64,000 bases of DNA, from assembly GCA_963833095.1 (NCBI GenBank), contig CAWHWQ010000002.1, forward strand, positions 64,001 to 128,000, written 5' to 3'. This document shows, piece by piece, positions 10,020 to 19,652 of this stretch (position 1 is the first letter of the stretch; every line of letters begins with the position of its first letter). Below the pieces are notes generated by a model that was not told the DNA's origin, searched no databases, and saw only the letters and a program-made list of their open reading frames with translations. The translations under genes were made by a program, and so were the position numbers. This DNA is from Vulcanimicrobiota bacterium. GTDB taxonomy: Bacteria > Vulcanimicrobiota > Vulcanimicrobiia > Vulcanimicrobiales > Vulcanimicrobiaceae.

Positions 10020-10566
10020 GCTGCGGACATCCGGCGATGTGATCGTTGACGAGACCCGTCGCCTGCATGAACGCATACATGATCGTCGGGCCGACGAACC
10101 GGAACCCGCGCTTGACGAGATCCTTGCTCAGCGCGCGCGACTCGTCGCTTTCAGCCGGAAGATCCTCGCGACGCTTGATCTGATTGTTGATCGTCTTTTC
10201 GCCAACGAAACCCCAGACGTATTTGTCGAACGAGCCGAACTCTTTCTGAATTTTCAGAAAGGCCTTGGCGTTACTTACCGTCGATTCGACTTTTGCGCGA
10301 TTCCGAACGATACCGGGATCGGTAAGGATCTTTTCGACGCGCGCCGGCGTCATGCGTGCCACGCGTAGTGGATCGAAATCGTGGAAGACCTTGCGGTAAT
10401 GGTCGCGCTTGCGCAAGATCGTTTCCCAACTCAAGCCGGCCTGCGCCCCTTCGAGCGTGACGAACTCGAAAAACGTGCGGTCGTCGTGAACCGGACGCCC
10501 CCACTCGCTATCGTGATATGCGATCGACAACTCCGTCGTTGCCCAACTGCAGCGCTTATCGACCAC
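10000..10566 (-). CDS. tag: DNA-3-methyladenine glycosylase I
   Basis: RCSW, YHDSEWG, LEGAQAGLSW, FVGPTI, NDH..C. Confidence 0.95.
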   Translation of the reverse strand: MVDKRCSWATTELSIAYHDSEWGRPVHDDRTFFEFVTLEGAQAGLSWETILRKRDHYRKVFHDFDPLRVARMTPARVEKILTDPGIVRNRAKVESTVSNAKAFLKIQKEFGSFDKYVWGFVGEKTINNQIKRREDLPAESDESRALSKDLVKRGFRFVGPTIMYAFMQATGLVNDHIAGCPQHARASR

Positions 10567-10571
10567 CGCGC

Positions 10572-12071
10572 TTACGGGAAGCCCAGATTCAATGACGGCG
10601 CGCGCTCGTCCCAACGGGCGGTGACGACCTTCCCGCGCGTATAAAATCGGAATCCGTCTTCGCCGTAGATATGCAGATCGCCGAAGAGCGAGGCCTTCCA
10701 TCCGCCGAAGCTGTAGTAACCGACCGGCACGGGGATCGGCACGTTCACGCCGACCATGCCGACCTGCACTTCGCGCTGAAACTTGTGCGCGGCTCCACCG
10801 TCGCGGGTGAAGATCGATGTGCCGTTGCCGTACGCGTTGCGATTGATCAACTCGAGCGCGTCGTTCAGATTCTGCGCGCGCACGTTGACCAACACCGGCC
10901 CGAAGATCTCGTCAGTGTAGATCGTCATCTCCGGCGTCACCTGATCGAAGAGCGTTGGGCCGACCCAGAATCCGTCTTCGCAACCGCTCACGCGCAGCGC
11001 ACGCCCGTCTTCAACTAATGCCGCACCGGCGCGATCGCCTTGCGCGATGTAGTCGGTAATGCGGTCGCGCGCTTGCGCCGTGACCACGGGGCCCATGTCA
11101 TTGGTCGCGTCGGCGCCCGGCCCGATCTTGAGGCGACCGATGCGTTCCAGAATCTTCGGAATCAAGGCTTCATGCGCGTTGCCGACGGTCACACTTGCCG
11201 AAATGGCCATGCAGCGCTGACCGGCCGAACCATAGGCCGACGACACGAGCGCGTCGGCGGCAGCGTCCATATCGGCATCCGGCATCACCACAAGATGATT
11301 CTTAGCGCCCCCCAGCGCTTGCACGCGCTTGCCGTTGGCCGCGGCGGTTGCATACACGTATTTCGCAATGGGCGTGCTGCCGACGAAACTGACCGCCGAA
11401 ATACCGGGGTGCGTCAGAATTGCGTCGACCGCGACCTTGTCACCGTGCACGACGTTGAAGACGCCTTTGGGCAGACCCGCCTGCGCCCAGAGCTCCGCGA
11501 CGAGGATCGACGTCGACGGATCGCGCTCGGAGGGTTTTAGGATGAACGTATTGCCGCACGCGACCGCGATTGCAAACATCCACGCCGGCACCATCATCGG
11601 AAAATTAAATGGCGTGATGCCCGCGCACACGCCGAGCGGTTGCCGAATCGAGTAGGTGTCGACGTTGCGCGAAACACTCTCGCTGAACTCGCCCTTGGTC
11701 ATTTGCGTGAGCGCACATGCATAGTCGATGACTTCGAGCGCGCGCGCGACCTCGCCGGCGGCGTCGGTGACGACCTTGCCGTGCTCCGACGAAACGATTT
11801 GCGCGATGCGCTGCGAATTCATGCGCATCAGCTCACGAAACGCAAAGAGGACCTCCGCGCGCTTGCCCAACGGCGTATCGCGCCACGCGGGGAAGGCCGC
11901 GGTCGCCGCGCGAACGGCGCGATCGACCATAGCGGGATCGGCTAGCGCGACCCGCGCCTGGACGACGCCGTGCGCAGGGTCGTAGACCTCTCCGTAGCGC
12001 TGCGCGGGGTCGTCGACGGCCGCACCGTCGATGTAATGGTGGATGAGGCGGGTCGCAGTTGAGATAGCCAT
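10572..12071 (-). CDS. mmsA: CoA-acylating methylmalonate-semialdehyde dehydrogenase
   Basis: ITPFNFP, GGAKNH, GSAGQRCMA, GVNVPIPVP. Confidence 0.95.
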   Translation of the reverse strand: MAISTATRLIHHYIDGAAVDDPAQRYGEVYDPAHGVVQARVALADPAMVDRAVRAATAAFPAWRDTPLGKRAEVLFAFRELMRMNSQRIAQIVSSEHGKVVTDAAGEVARALEVIDYACALTQMTKGEFSESVSRNVDTYSIRQPLGVCAGITPFNFPMMVPAWMFAIAVACGNTFILKPSERDPSTSILVAELWAQAGLPKGVFNVVHGDKVAVDAILTHPGISAVSFVGSTPIAKYVYATAAANGKRVQALGGAKNHLVVMPDADMDAAADALVSSAYGSAGQRCMAISASVTVGNAHEALIPKILERIGRLKIGPGADATNDMGPVVTAQARDRITDYIAQGDRAGAALVEDGRALRVSGCEDGFWVGPTLFDQVTPEMTIYTDEIFGPVLVNVRAQNLNDALELINRNAYGNGTSIFTRDGGAAHKFQREVQVGMVGVNVPIPVPVGYYSFGGWKASLFGDLHIYGEDGFRFYTRGKVVTARWDERAPSLNLGFP

Positions 12072-12078
12072 CCGTCGA

Positions 12079-12939
12079 TTATAGCGGACGATCGATCAAA
12101 TCGAGAAGTTCCGCAAAGACGTGGCCGGCGATCTTTGGATGGCGCAGCGGTTCGATGATGTCGTGCGAGATCGGAATGCCGCGCAGGACGACGTGCTCCA
12201 ACCGGCCACCGGGCCGGGCGCGCAAGAGCCCGCGTAGTCGCCGAACCGCTCGATTGCTCACGGCGGCCTCCTTTGCGTTGGTCACGAGAATGAGCTCACG
12301 TGCAGCCAGCATGTCGCCCGCGTGCGCGAAGACGTCTCGCGCAAGCAGGAGCGACTGGCCGATCGCATGCGAGGAGTAGCGCGGATAACCATGCTCCGGC
12401 TTTAGGCGCTCGCGTACGAGCGGATTCCACCACGGGAAAATATTGGGCAACTTCAGGAGCAGATCCGCGAACGGTTCGGTGAAACGCGTCGGCATCCACG
12501 ACATGCCGAAAAATGGCGCGATGGCGACGGCACGATCGATCGAATAGTGCTGCGCAGCCCATGTCGCAAGCAAACCACCAAGAGAAAATCCAGCCACCAC
12601 AACGCGCTCGCCGAGGCCTTGCGCCAGCTCGATGCTCTCCGTCGCGAACGCGCGTAGATCGTCCGCCTGCAACTGCGCGAGCGCCGTGGTAAGGCGGTTG
12701 CGATGGCCGTGCCGTGGCAGGCGCGGGACAATGACGTTGTGACCACGCTCGTGGAGCTCGTGGGCAAAGCGAACAAACTGTTGCGGGCTGGCCGCAATCC
12801 CGTGAAAAAGGACGACCGCGACCGGCCGCACCTCCCCGTGGAGCAGCAACTTGGTGCGGCCTTCGTCCGAAATACCGCGGTGGTCGCGGAGCCGGAGCCG
12901 ATCGAGCAGCGCGCTCGTCTGGTCGGATAAGTACTGCAT
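12079..12939 (-). CDS. Alpha/beta hydrolase (paralog of 9135-10019)
   Basis: FHGIAA, GFSLGG, HDIIE; the upstream part of the long ORF is antisense to rocD. Confidence 0.85.
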   Translation of the reverse strand: MQYLSDQTSALLDRLRLRDHRGISDEGRTKLLLHGEVRPVAVVLFHGIAASPQQFVRFAHELHERGHNVIVPRLPRHGHRNRLTTALAQLQADDLRAFATESIELAQGLGERVVVAGFSLGGLLATWAAQHYSIDRAVAIAPFFGMSWMPTRFTEPFADLLLKLPNIFPWWNPLVRERLKPEHGYPRYSSHAIGQSLLLARDVFAHAGDMLAARELILVTNAKEAAVSNRAVRRLRGLLRARPGGRLEHVVLRGIPISHDIIEPLRHPKIAGHVFAELLDLIDRPL

Positions 12940-12990
12940 CGTATCGATAAAGAAGTGTTCTCGCGCCCGTTGGCGCAATCTTTCGTTATT

Positions 12991-14199
12991 ATGCCCGGCA
13001 AGTCTGGTATAGCCCAAGGATTCATCGATCTCGACGAGACCTACGGAGCGCACAACTACGCGCCGTTGGATCTGGTGATCGAGCGCGCCGAGGGCGTCTG
13101 GCTCTACGACGTCGACGGCCGGCGCTATCTCGACTGCATTAGCGCATATTCCGCCGTCAACCAGGGGCACTGTCACCCGCGCATTCTTGCGGCCTTGGTC
13201 GAACAGGCGTCGAAAGTCCCTTTGACGTCGCGGGCGCTGCGCAACGATCGCATGGGCCGCTTTCTGAAAAAGCTCGCCGAGGTCAGCGGCTTCGAATGCG
13301 CGTTGCCGATGAATACCGGCGCCGAGGCGGTCGAAACCGCGATCAAACTTGCGCGCCGCTGGGGCTATCGCATCAAAGGCATCCCCGCCGACGCTGCCGA
13401 GATCATCGTCTTCTCGAACAACTTCCACGGCCGAACCACGGCAATCGTCAGTGCCAGCACGGATCCGGCTTACCGCGCCGACTTCGGCCCGTTCATGCCG
13501 GGCTTCACGTTTGTAACCTACGGCGACGCCGACGCGCTCGAACGCGCGATCTCAGCGAACACGTGCGCAATCCTAATCGAACCGATTCAAGGTGAAGGCG
13601 GCGTGATCGTTCCACCGGACGGATTTCTCAAACGCGCGTGGGCGCTATGCAAAGAACACAACGTGCTCTTCGCAGCCGACGAAATTCAAACCGGCTTTGG
13701 TCGCACGGGTGATCTCTTCGCGTGCGATTTCGACAACATCAAGCCCGATGTGCTCATCGTGGGCAAGGCGCTCGGTGGGGGCTACTACCCGGTTTCCGCC
13801 GTGCTCGCAAGCAACGAATTGATGTCGCTCTTTGCGCCGGGCGATCACGGCAGCACGTTCGGTGGAAATCCGCTCGCAAGTGCGATCGGCGAAGCTGCGC
13901 TCGACGTCATCATCGACGAAAAGCTCGCTTCGCGGGCACGCTACGCCGGCGCTAAGCTGATGCAGGGTTTGCGCTCCGTGCAGTCGCCGGCGGTCAAGGA
14001 GATTCGGGGTCGCGGTTTGCTCATCGGGATCGAATTGACCGTTCCCGCAAAACGTCTCGTGCAGGGGCTCATCGAGCGAGGCGTCGTTGCTAAGGATACG
14101 CACGAGCGCGTGCTGCGCATCGCGCCGCCGCTGGTGATCGACGACGCCGCGATCGACTTCTTGCTCGCGCAATACCGCGAGGCGCTCGAATCGCTGTGA
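12991..14199 (+). CDS. rocD: Ornithine--oxo-acid aminotransferase
   Basis: GAHNYAPL, SAYSAVNQGHCHP, DEIQTGFGRTG, GKALGGG. Confidence 0.93.
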   Translation: MPGKSGIAQGFIDLDETYGAHNYAPLDLVIERAEGVWLYDVDGRRYLDCISAYSAVNQGHCHPRILAALVEQASKVPLTSRALRNDRMGRFLKKLAEVSGFECALPMNTGAEAVETAIKLARRWGYRIKGIPADAAEIIVFSNNFHGRTTAIVSASTDPAYRADFGPFMPGFTFVTYGDADALERAISANTCAILIEPIQGEGGVIVPPDGFLKRAWALCKEHNVLFAADEIQTGFGRTGDLFACDFDNIKPDVLIVGKALGGGYYPVSAVLASNELMSLFAPGDHGSTFGGNPLASAIGEAALDVIIDEKLASRARYAGAKLMQGLRSVQSPAVKEIRGRGLLIGIELTVPAKRLVQGLIERGVVAKDTHERVLRIAPPLVIDDAAIDFLLAQYREALESL

Positions 14200-15782
14200 T
14201 CGTTCCCGAACGGTTCAACTTTGCGCGCGATGTGATCGATACGCTCGCATTGCAGCGGCGCCGCGGACTGCTTTTCGTCGCTGCCGACGGGTCGCAGCGC
14301 GATTACGGCTTCGCCGAGATCAGCGAGGCGTCGCAGCGCTATTCCGCGGTGCTGCGCGATGGCGGCATCGAGCGCGCCTCGCGGGTGATCGTCGCATTGC
14401 CCAAGATTCCGCAGTGGCTTTTCGTCATGCTTGCCCTCGACCGACTCGGTGCGATCGCGATTCCCGGACCCGAACAATTGCGAGCCAAAGATTTACTCTA
14501 TCGCGCCGATCATGCCGAGGCGGTTGCGATGATCGGCGACGCGCCGAATCTAACCGAACTCCAAGCCGCGCGCAACGATGCGAAAACCGTTCGCGCGGGA
14601 TTCTCGGTGCGCGGCGGTGCGGATGGCTGGCTCGATCTCGACGCACTCGCCGGACAGGCAGCCCCGTTCCAAGGGGTCGAGACGCGCGCCGATGAGTGGG
14701 CGTACATCGTGTATACCAGCGGCACGACCAAAGACCCCAAGGGCGTCGTGCATGACCGCGCGTACGCCTATGCCAAACGTGCGCAGGCGCAATTTTGGCT
14801 CGACTGCACGCCCGACGATTTGGTGTGGTGCAGCGCCTCGACCGGTTGGGCAAAATCGTTGTGGAACGTGTTGCTCGGTCCGTGGTCGCATGGCAGCACG
14901 ATCCTATTGCACGAGGGCGCGTTCGATCCACGACAGCGCATGGATCTCTTAGCGGAGCACGAGGTAACCATTCTCTGCCAAGCGCCGACTGAATACCGGC
15001 TCGAAGCAAAACTTCCCGACCTCGCGCACTGGTCGTTACCGAAGCTGCGTCACTGCGTGAGCGCAGGCGAACCGCTCAATCCCGAAGTGATCGCGCGTTG
15101 GAAAGACGCGTTCGGCTTGGAGATTCTCGACGGCTACGGACAGACCGAGAATACGTTGCTGGTAGCGAACGCCCACGGCGCCGCTGTTCGCCCAGGCTCG
15201 ATGGGCAAACCGACGCCGGGGCACGACGTCACCGTCATCGACGAAGACGGCAACGCGTGCAAGACCGGCGAAACCGGAGACATCGCGCTGCGCGGCACGC
15301 CGCCCTCACTCTTTAAGGGTTACTTGAAGAATCCCGAGGAGACGGCCAAGAGCTATCGCGCCGGCTACTATCTCACCGGCGACCGGGCCTACATAGATGA
15401 AGACGGATATTTTTGGTTCGTCGGCCGCTCCGACGACGTCATTAGCTCGGGCGCTTATCGCATCGGCCCATTCGAAGTGGAGAGCGCGCTGCTCGAACAT
15501 GCTGCTGTCGCCGAGTCGGCCGTGGTGGGGAGCCCGGATCCGGATCGCGGCAACATCGTCAAAGCCTTTGTCGTGCTGCGCCCGGGACACGAAGGCAGCG
15601 ATGCGCTCGTGCGGGAGCTGCAAGAGCACTGCAAGCGCGTCACCGCGCCCTACAAATACCCGCGTGAGATCGAATTCGTCAGCGAGTTGCCGAAGACGCG
15701 CTCGGGAAAGATCCGGCGCGTCGAATTGCGCCAACTCGAACTCGAGCGTAAAGGCGCCACGCGGTCGAGCGGCTATTTATGA
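14196..15782 (+). CDS. Acyl-CoA synthetase (medium-chain/AcsA-like)
   Basis: YTSGTTKDPKG, YGQTE, YRIGPFEVES, PKTRSGKIRR. Confidence 0.92.
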   Translation: MIVPERFNFARDVIDTLALQRRRGLLFVAADGSQRDYGFAEISEASQRYSAVLRDGGIERASRVIVALPKIPQWLFVMLALDRLGAIAIPGPEQLRAKDLLYRADHAEAVAMIGDAPNLTELQAARNDAKTVRAGFSVRGGADGWLDLDALAGQAAPFQGVETRADEWAYIVYTSGTTKDPKGVVHDRAYAYAKRAQAQFWLDCTPDDLVWCSASTGWAKSLWNVLLGPWSHGSTILLHEGAFDPRQRMDLLAEHEVTILCQAPTEYRLEAKLPDLAHWSLPKLRHCVSAGEPLNPEVIARWKDAFGLEILDGYGQTENTLLVANAHGAAVRPGSMGKPTPGHDVTVIDEDGNACKTGETGDIALRGTPPSLFKGYLKNPEETAKSYRAGYYLTGDRAYIDEDGYFWFVGRSDDVISSGAYRIGPFEVESALLEHAAVAESAVVGSPDPDRGNIVKAFVVLRPGHEGSDALVRELQEHCKRVTAPYKYPREIEFVSELPKTRSGKIRRVELRQLELERKGATRSSGYL

Positions 15783-15825
15783 CCGCTTCTGGGTGAAGAG
15801 CAAGGCGAGCAGGGCTCACCTGCCC

Positions 15826-15854
15826 TTGACCCAGGCCCCGGACCGTGGTATTCT
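15826..15854 (+). promoter_or_regulatory. sigma70 promoter of infC operon
   Basis: TTGACC, 17 nt, TATTCT with extended TG. Confidence 0.7.
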
Positions 15855-15860
15855 GCGCAA

Positions 15861-15985
15861 GCCGAAGAAGCGCTTGGGGTACGCCCCGAGCCTCACCGGA
15901 TGCCTGCGGGCGATCCGGTTACTACTCGAGGGGCCGTCGGTAGGTTCCGCGCGTGGGGTTGCTTCGGCAACGCCATTTTTTGTTC
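15861..15985 (+). ncRNA. L20-leader-like ribosomal protein leader / attenuator
   Basis: AGAAGC...CTCACC motif, two hairpins, terminator TGGGGTTGC-TTCG-GCAACGCCA-TTTTTT; 5' GCCGAAG can pair with CTTCGGC in the terminator. Confidence 0.7.
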
Positions 15986-16006
15986 TCTCTTGAAAGGGAA
16001 AACGCC

Positions 16007-16699
16007 ATAGCTCGACCGCTGCGAGTCAACGAGCAAATCCGTATTCGACAGGTCCGGGTGATCGACGAAAACGGCGAACAGCTCGGCATATTGCCGACCG
16101 AGGACGCGCTTTCGCGTGCCCGAGGCGCGGGCCTGGATCTGATCGAGATCTCGCCCAACGCACAGCCGCCGGTGGTAAAAATCGGTGACTACGGCCGGTT
16201 GAAATACGAGCAGTCGAAAAAAGATAAAGACGCGCGCAAGAAACAACGCAACTTCGAGCTCCGCGAGGTCAAGTTGCGCCCGAAGATCGAGACCCACGAC
16301 TACGAGACGAAGGCGCGCATGACCGAGCGGCTTCTGCTCGACGGAAGCAAGATCAAGGTCACGATCATGTTTCGCGGACGCGAAATTACCTATACGGCGT
16401 TTGGCCGGCGGTTACTCGACCGCATGGCTGAAGACATGGCGCCGCTTGCCACCATCGAGCGCGAACCGCGGCTCGAAGGAAAAAATATGTTTATGATCCT
16501 GGCGCCACGCGTAACGCCGACCGGTCCGCCAAAGTTCTCCTTGCACAAAGACAAGGACGACAAGGACCATAAGGACGGTACGCGCGCTCAAGATCACAAG
16601 GACGCGCCCGTCGTCGACAAAGAACACGACGAGCACGACGAACACGACGAACACGTCGAGGAACACGAAGAACCAGCGAAGGAGCCTACCCGTGCCTAA
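16007..16699 (+). CDS. infC: Translation initiation factor IF-3 (ATA start, His/acidic tail)
   Basis: RVNEQIR, DYGRLKYE, ELREVKLRPKI, IMFRGRE; ATA preceded by AAAGGG. Confidence 0.95.
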   Translation: MARPLRVNEQIRIRQVRVIDENGEQLGILPTEDALSRARGAGLDLIEISPNAQPPVVKIGDYGRLKYEQSKKDKDARKKQRNFELREVKLRPKIETHDYETKARMTERLLLDGSKIKVTIMFRGREITYTAFGRRLLDRMAEDMAPLATIEREPRLEGKNMFMILAPRVTPTGPPKFSLHKDKDDKDHKDGTRAQDHKDAPVVDKEHDEHDEHDEHVEEHEEPAKEPTRA

Positions 16700-16898
16700 G
16701 ATTCGTACCCATCGTGGTACCGCAAAACGCGTCAAAGTGACGGCGACCGGAAAGGTCATTCACCGTCATCAGTTCAGCGGTTGCGGCCACATTCTCAGCA
16801 AGAAGACGCGCAAACGCAAGCGCAACTTCCGCAAGGATCAACCGACGTTCAAGGGCGATTTGAAGCGCTTGGCGCCGACGATCCCGTATTTGGTTTAA
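16692..16898 (+). CDS. rpmI: 50S ribosomal protein L35
   Basis: MPKIRTHRGTAKRVKVTATGK. Confidence 0.97.
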   Translation: MPKIRTHRGTAKRVKVTATGKVIHRHQFSGCGHILSKKTRKRKRNFRKDQPTFKGDLKRLAPTIPYLV

Positions 16899-16913
16899 GG
16901 AGGGCTCGAACAC

Positions 16914-17273
16914 ATGGCACGCGTTAAACGTGGCGTAGCTGGGCTCAAGCATCGCCGTAAAGTCATGAAGCTCGTCAAGGGCTTCCGCGCCTCCCGCCGT
17001 CGCAACTATCGCGTCGCGAACGAAGCGCTGCTCAAGTCGCTGGCGTACGCATTCCGTGATCGCCGCGTCCGCAAGCGCGACTTTCGCTCGCTCTGGATCA
17101 GCCGCATCAACGCGGCCGTCCGCCGCGAAGGCATGACCTACTCCGTCTTCATGAACGGTTTGAAGAAGTCGGGCGTGACGCTCAATCGCAAGGCGATTTC
17201 GGAACTAGCGATCAACGATCAGCAGGCCTTTGGCTCGCTGCTCAAGATCGCAAAGCAAGCCGTCAGCAAATAG
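16914..17273 (+). CDS. rplT: 50S ribosomal protein L20
   Basis: MARVKRG, RDRRVRKRDFRSLWISRINAA. Confidence 0.98.
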   Translation: MARVKRGVAGLKHRRKVMKLVKGFRASRRRNYRVANEALLKSLAYAFRDRRVRKRDFRSLWISRINAAVRREGMTYSVFMNGLKKSGVTLNRKAISELAINDQQAFGSLLKIAKQAVSK

Positions 17274-17276
17274 CCC

Positions 17277-17717
17277 TCATCGCTTTCGAACCCAATTGCG
17301 TGGGCCGGGACCTTCCCGGCCCATTTTGTCATTCGGATTAGCAAAGCGGCAGGCGGGGAGCGAGAGGCAGCCGCAGCCGATGCACGCGGTGAGGCCTTTG
17401 CGCAACCGCTTGAGCTCGGCGATGCGCTCGTCGATGCGGGTCATCCAGAGATGCGAAAGCTTCGACCAATCGGAGGGATCCGGAGCGCGCCGGTCGGGAA
17501 GCTTTGCAAGTTCGTCGCCAATCTCGTCGAGCGAAAAACCAACGCGTTGCGCAAAGACGATGAACGCGACCTGGCGCAGGGTCCAGCGCGCATAGAGCCG
17601 ATGTCCGGATGGCGCGCGCCGGGATGCAATCAAGCCGCGATCTTCGTAGAAGCGCAACGCCGACGCGGCGACGCCGCTGCGCTGGGAAACGTCGCTGATG
17701 CTGAGCAGTTCATCCAC
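17277..17717 (-). CDS. soxR: Redox-sensitive transcriptional activator SoxR
   Basis: MerR HTH (SALRFYE) plus CIGCGCLSLPAC 2Fe-2S motif. Confidence 0.95.
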   Translation of the reverse strand: MDELLSISDVSQRSGVAASALRFYEDRGLIASRRAPSGHRLYARWTLRQVAFIVFAQRVGFSLDEIGDELAKLPDRRAPDPSDWSKLSHLWMTRIDERIAELKRLRKGLTACIGCGCLSLPACRFANPNDKMGREGPGPRNWVRKR

Positions 17718-17742
17718 GGCCCAATCCTAGCGCACGCGCGCC

Positions 17743-17773
17743 TTGACTTCAAGTGCACTTTAACTTGTACCAT
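17743..17773 (+). promoter_or_regulatory. SoxR-type promoter with soxbox
   Basis: TTGACT, 19-nt spacer containing palindrome AAGTGCACTT, TACCAT. Confidence 0.85.
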
Positions 17774-17779
17774 GCCTCC

Positions 17780-18629
17780 ATGATACTTGTCACAGGAGCG
17801 ACCGGAACCGTCGGGAACCAGGTCGCGCGCATCCTTGCAAACACTGGAGAGACGGTGCATGCTCTCACGCGTAATCCCGAACGCACATCCTTCCCGAGCG
17901 GCGTTAGCGTCGTTCGCGGCGACTTCACCGATCCGTCGACACTCGAAGCCGCGGCACGTGACGCCGACGCGATCTTTCTCATGCTGCCTGCGATGGACAC
18001 CGACCTCGAACGCGCGATCACGCAAGCAGCGCCGCACGTCGAACGCATCGTCTTTCTCTCGTCGGCTCTGGTGAGCCTCGACGCCACTGGTGCAAGCTTC
18101 ATCGCGCAACGACATGCTTCCGTCGAAAACGCGATCAAGGCGACCGGTGCCGACTGGACGATATTGCGGCCCGGGTATTTCGCGGCGAATGCGCTGCGTT
18201 GGTGGTTGCCGCAGCTCCGCGAAAGCGACAACCTTGCGCTGGCCCTATCCCGGCGCGCGATTCGCACCGATTCACGAACGCGATATGGCTGAGATCGCCG
18301 CGCTCGCCCTGCGCGGCCCGGGTCACGCCGGGAAAACATACGCGCTGACGGGGCCCGAAGCGATCACCGCGGCCGAACAACTCTTCGCCATCGCGCGAAG
18401 CACACGCCGCGATCTTCGATGGGAGGAGGCCCACGGCGACGCCGCGCGCGCCGCGCTGTCGTTCTTGCCGCCGCCTTTACTCGAGGGGATCCTTGCATCG
18501 TGGGAGCGTGCGACATACGAGCCGCCGTTCGTGACCGACACGGTCGCCCGCGTGCTTGGGAAACCCGCGCGCAATTTTGAACAGTGGGCCGCCGATCACG
18601 CGGAAACGTTCGCTAGATCCGCAGCGTGA
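17780..18629 (+). CDS. NmrA-like NAD(P)H-binding oxidoreductase, one-base frameshift near 18230
   Basis: ILVTGATGTVG; ORFs 17753-18292 and 18090-18629 join as ..SDTLRWPYP.. if one A is removed; span 850 = 3n+1. Confidence 0.85.
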
Positions 18630-19038
18630 TTTGTTCGCCGTCCAGTAGCGGAATGTTTTGCGGCGCGCCTTTGTAGGGCGCGCCGTTGACGTAAGCGCGC
18701 ACGTGCCCGGTAAACGGCCCCACGCGGGTCCGTGAAAGCGGCTGACCCCACACCGCAAAGAAATCGGCCAGCGTGAACGTGCCGCCCGGCGCCTCCACGT
18801 GAATCGTGCCGGAATCGTCGTGCGTATGCAGCCAATAAAGGCAAAGCACGGCATAGCCGGCCGTCACGATCCCAATATTTGCCGGCACCCGGACGCGCGT
18901 AGCGCCATGCTCGATCGTCAAGTGCGGGTGCAGGTGCTCGCTGAACATCTCGGTCACGTTACAGCCGACGTGGTCCGGTCCAACCGGCTGCCCCGTCGCG
19001 AGGGCCGCAATCAGCGCGGCCGCAGCTATTATCGCCAT
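18613..19038 (-). CDS. Secreted His-rich hypothetical protein
   Basis: Signal peptide, HLHPHL, CLYWLHTHDDSGTIHVE, TLADFFAVWG. Confidence 0.8.
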   Translation of the reverse strand: MAIIAAAALIAALATGQPVGPDHVGCNVTEMFSEHLHPHLTIEHGATRVRVPANIGIVTAGYAVLCLYWLHTHDDSGTIHVEAPGGTFTLADFFAVWGQPLSRTRVGPFTGHVRAYVNGAPYKGAPQNIPLLDGEQITLRI

Positions 19039-19076
19039 TATTCATCCATCGGCCCAAGCCGCGCGTTCCCTAGGTA

Positions 19077-19652
19077 ATGAGCGCTCTTCCCGTCGAACGC
19101 CCCCGCTTAATGCGTCTTGCCCCGGGTGATGATGCGTTCGCGGCGGCATTCGCCGCCAAAGAGCGCTGGGCATTCGACGAAGCGTACACGCGCTTCGGCA
19201 AGCTCCTGTATTCGACCGCGTATCACGTGCTGGGCAGCCCCGAGGATGCGCAGGATTGCGTCCACGACGCCCTCACGCGCGTCTGGCGGTCGGCCGATTC
19301 GTATTCTCGTTCGCGCGGCGGGTTGCGCAGCTTTCTCACGGTCTGCGTGCGCAATGAAGCGATCACCCGTCTTCGCTCGAAGCTGCGCCGGCGCAAGCTC
19401 GAAGAGCGCGTCGCGGCGGAGCCGCAGGAATACGACGAACTTGGTGCCGTCGACGTGATCGAGCGCGATCGTCTGCGTACGGCATTGCACACGCTGCCGC
19501 CCGAGCAGCGCAGGCCGCTCGAACTCGCCTATTTCGAGTACAAAACCCATGTCGAAATCGCGCGCGAATTGAACGAGCCGCTCGGTACGATCAAGAGCCG
19601 CATCGCCCTTGGGCTGCGCAAGCTCGGTGCCGCATTGGGGGCAAGCGAATGA
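19077..19652 (+). CDS. ECF sigma factor (SigK-like)
   Basis: DAQDCVHD, LELAYF, EPLGTIKSRIALGLRKL. Confidence 0.9.
   Translation: MSALPVERPRLMRLAPGDDAFAAAFAAKERWAFDEAYTRFGKLLYSTAYHVLGSPEDAQDCVHDALTRVWRSADSYSRSRGGLRSFLTVCVRNEAITRLRSKLRRRKLEERVAAEPQEYDELGAVDVIERDRLRTALHTLPPEQRRPLELAYFEYKTHVEIARELNEPLGTIKSRIALGLRKLGAALGASE

Noticed and set aside
12940..13428. N-terminal extension of the 449-aa hydrolase ORF
   Set aside because: Shadow of rocD; similarity to the paralog starts near 12939
16622..16670. Short repeats as a CRISPR array
   Set aside because: 9-bp in-frame coding repeat with no spacers and no cas genes
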